The translations under genes were made by a program, and so were the position numbers. This document shows positions 60,440-64,000 of a DNA stretch of 64,000 bases, in pieces. The DNA is taken from contig NIVC01003261.1 in assembly GCA_002269645.1 (NCBI GenBank), positions 1 to 64,000 of the forward strand. Direction: 5' to 3'. The stretch's first letter is position 1; each line of letters begins with the position of its first letter. The notes under the pieces were generated by a model that searched no databases, was not told the origin of the DNA, and was given only the letters and a program-made list of their open reading frames with translations. Origin of the DNA: Macrostomum lignano. Its lineage: Eukaryota.

Positions 60440-61639
60440 CACACAGACAGCCGCACGCCCCTACAGCTCTTCATTAAAGCAACAAGACCTGACCGTGTCG
60501 CAAGCCAGAAATTCGTTGTCTCACCTGTTCCCAGTAGATTCCCGAGCTTCTTCTTTCTGCCGATGCAGATCTTGCCGAAATTGAAATACGGGGGCGGCTG
60601 TGTCAAATCGGCTCCCCGCTGTCTTGGCCAGCCTTATGAGGATATTTATCCCCCCCCAAGAATCCCGATCCCAGCGTTCACCGTATCGCACGCCTGATTG
60701 ATTCTCGAGATCCCTCAGCTGGGGTCGGACACCCTCCGACGCTGTCTCGCCTCCGTGCGCACCAGGTAGACGCGCTTAATTTGTTGTCGCGTGGCCGGTT
60801 GCCTTCAGCCGCCCACCCCCTGTCTCTCTATTTGTTTCGGGTCGCAAAAGAAAAGCAGTGGACAAAAAAGCCTGAATATCTCTTTGGCGCCCGCGGCCTT
60901 TGTCCGGCTTCGGCCCTGTGTTCGAATCCGCGTCAAGCTAAAAAGGAGGAACCCCGGACGGAGCCAAAAGGAATAAATATGTATATCAATGCCTGCCTTC
61001 CTATTGATGCACTGCTCTCAGCTCGGTTTGGTACTGAATCCGCGCCGGTGCTGGGTAGGTTTGGGGATCGAGCGCCCACCCCTATCCTTATCCTGTCAGC
61101 GACTCAGATTGAGGCGGATGGGTGGGGGCTGAGTCTGCGCATCTGCATCCGCGCTGAAGAACTCAGGCTTGAACTACAGAAATGTTTTGGCTGTGTCTAT
61201 CCCGAACCTCATCCGCGATTCGGTATAGGAGAACAGGGCTTCTCCTCACTTCTATTCAAGGACTGCGACTGCGACAATGCCGCTGACGTGAAGAAGGGGA
61301 GAAAAGGGAGAGAGACATGGGAGACAGTCTGTAAAAAGGGATTTCTACCGGTGTGGGGTAGGCAACAAAGCCAGCGCCAGGCTGGGAGCTGAGATCAGGT
61401 TATAACGGACAGGCATTTCAGCTGCTAGCGAATTCTGAGTGGGTAGGGCTTGGGGAGGATATTCGAGACTGCAGAAGCATCAGACTCGTATATTTATTAT
61501 TATCATCATACCTATGCTCTTCTGCAGAGCTACACTTTGAATTGACAGTTCGCTAATAGTTATTATGCAGGCAAGAATACATAGCCACACTGAAATACAT
61601 GCTTTATTCATAGGAAAACTGCTTTTAGTGTAATAGTGC

Positions 61640-62265
61640 ATTATGTCTATGGCAATAAACACCCGATAGTGCAAGGTGTCTATGGCAATAAACACCCGAT
61701 TGGGCAAGGTGTCTATGGCAATAAACATCCGATAGTACAATGTGTCTATGGCAATAAACATCCGATAGTACAATGTGTCTATGGCAATAAACACCCGATA
61801 GTGCAAGCGTGTCTATGGCAATAAACACCCGATAGTTCAAGGTGTCTATGGCAATAAACACCCGATTGGGCAAGGTGTCTATGGCAATAAACATCCGATA
61901 GTACAATGTGTCTATGGCAATAAACACCCGATAGTGCAAGCGTGTCTATGGCAATAAACACCCGATAGTTCAAGGTGTCTATGGCAATAAACACCCAATA
62001 GTGCAAGGTGTCTATGACAATAAACACCCGAATGGGCAAGGTATCTATGACAATAAACACCCGATTGGGCAAGGTGTCTATGGCAATAAACACCCGATAG
62101 TACAATGTGTCTATGGCAATAAACACCCGATAGTACAATGTGTCTATGGCAATAAACACCCCATAGTGCTAGGTGTCTATGGCAATAAACACCCCATAGT
62201 GCTAAGTGTCTATGGCAATAAACATCCGGTAGTGCAAGGTGTCTATGGCAATAAACATCCGATAG
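61640..62265. repeat. 33-bp minisatellite (GTGTCTATGGCAATAAACACCCGATAGTGCAAG), ~19 copies
   Basis: Direct reading. Confidence 0.95.
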
Positions 62266-62689
62266 GCAAAATGTTTATGTTAAAAAGTATAATTCGCTCA
62301 CATCTCGATATTGATCCCTGATTCGCAACCGTACACCAACAGCCGGTCACGCACAGATGCAGTCACAGGCCCCGCCCTCAACTTACAGTCAACCGGCCAG
62401 TTTAGTTTTTTGTTTCCTTCGTTTCGTGCATCCTTTGAAGCTCAGGGCAGGGCTCGGCCTCAAAGCAAAGCGATAAAGAATTATGAATATGGATTCGTTT
62501 CTCATTCGCCACGCATTATTCAATTGTGTGTGCAGTGCGAGAATTTCTTTTTGCTGGCTTGTAGTTGCTGCATTGCATTTGCGCTTTGTTTGACAGATGG
62601 AATAAAGCTTGCTATAGGAATTGTTAGAAAAGTCAAATTCACTATAAAATTCTCATTACTTTAAAAACGACTTTAAAAAATTTGTGCCA

Positions 62690-63835
62690 CTGACAGTCAA
62701 ATCTAGCGTCAGTGACAGCCGAATCTAGCGCTACTGACAACTCAATCTAGCGCTACTGACAACCCAATCTAGCGCCACTGACAACCCAATCTAGCGCTAC
62801 TGACAACCGAATCTAGCGCTACTGACAACCCAATCTAGCGCCAACAACCCAATCTAACGCCACTGACAGTCAAATCTAGCGCTACTGACAACCCAATCTA
62901 GCGCTACTGACAACCCAATCTAGCGCCACTGACAGCCCAATCTAGCGCCACTGACAGCCCAATCTAGCGCTACTGACAACCCAATCTAGCGCCACTGACA
63001 GTCAAATCTAGCGCTACTGACAACCCAATCTAGCGCTACTGACAACCCAATCTAGCGCCACTGACAACCCAATCTAACGCCACTGACAGTCAAATCTAGC
63101 GCTACTGACAGCCCAATCTAGCGCTACTGACAGTCAAATCTAGCGCTACTGACAGCCCAATCTAGCGCTACTGACAGTCAAATCTAGCGCTACTGACAAC
63201 CCAATCTAGCGCTAGACAACCCAATCTAGCGCTACTGACAGCCCAATCTAGCGCTAGACAACCCAATCTAGCGCTACCGACAGCCTAATCTAGCGCTAGA
63301 CAACCCAATCTAGCGCCACTGACAGCCCAATCTAGCGCTACTGACAACCCAATCTAGCGCCACTGACAGTCAAATCTAGCGCTACTGACAACCCAATCTA
63401 GCGCTACTGACAACCCAATCTAGCGCCACTGACAACCCAATCTAACGCCACTGACAGTCAAATCTAGCGCTACTGACAGCCCAATCTAGCGCTACTGACA
63501 GTCAAATCTAGCGCTACTGACAACCCAATCTAGCGCTAGACAACCCAATCTAGCGCTACTGACAGCCTAATCTAGCGCTAGACAACCCAATCTAGCGCTA
63601 CTGACAGCCTAATCTAGCGCTACTGACAGCCCAATCTAGCGCTACTGACAACCCAATCTAGCGCTACTGACAACCCAATCTAGCGCTACTGACAACCCAA
63701 TCTAGCGCTACTGACAGCCCAATCTAGCGCTACTGACAGCCCAATCTAGCGCTACTGACAACCCAATCTAGCGCTACTGACAGCCTAATCTAGCGCTACT
63801 GACAGCCCAATCTAGCGCTACTAACAACCCAATTT
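62690..63835. repeat. 22-bp minisatellite (CTGACAACCCAATCTAGCGCTA), ~52 copies
   Basis: Direct reading. Confidence 0.95.
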
Positions 63836-64000
63836 TACAAATAAAGTCAATTTTTGCCTAGTGTTCGTTTCCTAAGCTATCAGCTAATGTCCATGTGGCT
63901 GCAATGCTGCGCGGATATGGTTTTTAAATTGATTAAAAAACACCTGACTTTGCCTGAGCAGTCTGGTTGCTAAGTGGGTTAAGGAGACAATGTAAAAAAT

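Noticed and set aside
60781-61392. 203-aa plus-strand ORF
   Set aside because: Non-ATG start, no recognisable domain, and no convincing splice context.
63970-63982. piggyBac-like GGG-TTAA end (also TTAACCC at ~23337)
   Set aside because: No partner terminus identified; such short motifs arise by chance.

Overview
Eukaryotic (animal) genomic DNA with spliceosomal introns, GC-rich exons and very abundant minisatellites. The style suggests a Macrostomum-type flatworm; this is an inference and is not verified. Genes supported from the sequence, left to right: (1) a large secreted protein (-) of about 29 tandem 4-Cys FN1/VWC-like modules that runs off the left edge and is broken by many small indels; (2) a single-exon secreted 92-aa orphan peptide (+); (3) peroxisomal-type Lon protease LONP2 (-), which seems to lack one AAA+ segment; (4) translin (-), head-to-head with (5) an AGO-clade Argonaute (+) that has an intact DEDH tetrad; (6) intronless TTLL7 (-); (7) a PP1 glycogen-targeting subunit with RVxF and CBM21 (+); (8) an RTP-like zf-3CxxC protein (-). 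Mobile DNA: an intact IS630/Tc1-mariner element with one terminal repeat amplified into a 105-bp satellite, two non-autonomous hAT elements (62 and 907 bp, 8-bp TSDs), tRNA-derived SINEs, a hairpin MITE and a Ty3/Gypsy RNase H remnant. About 25 different tandem arrays are present, and most large introns hold a private array, often directly against a splice site. Best leads: the translin(C3PO)-slicer Argonaute divergent pair, the Cys-module protein, the transposon-derived satellite, and the intron/minisatellite architecture. All splice models were read by eye. Copy numbers are approximate.
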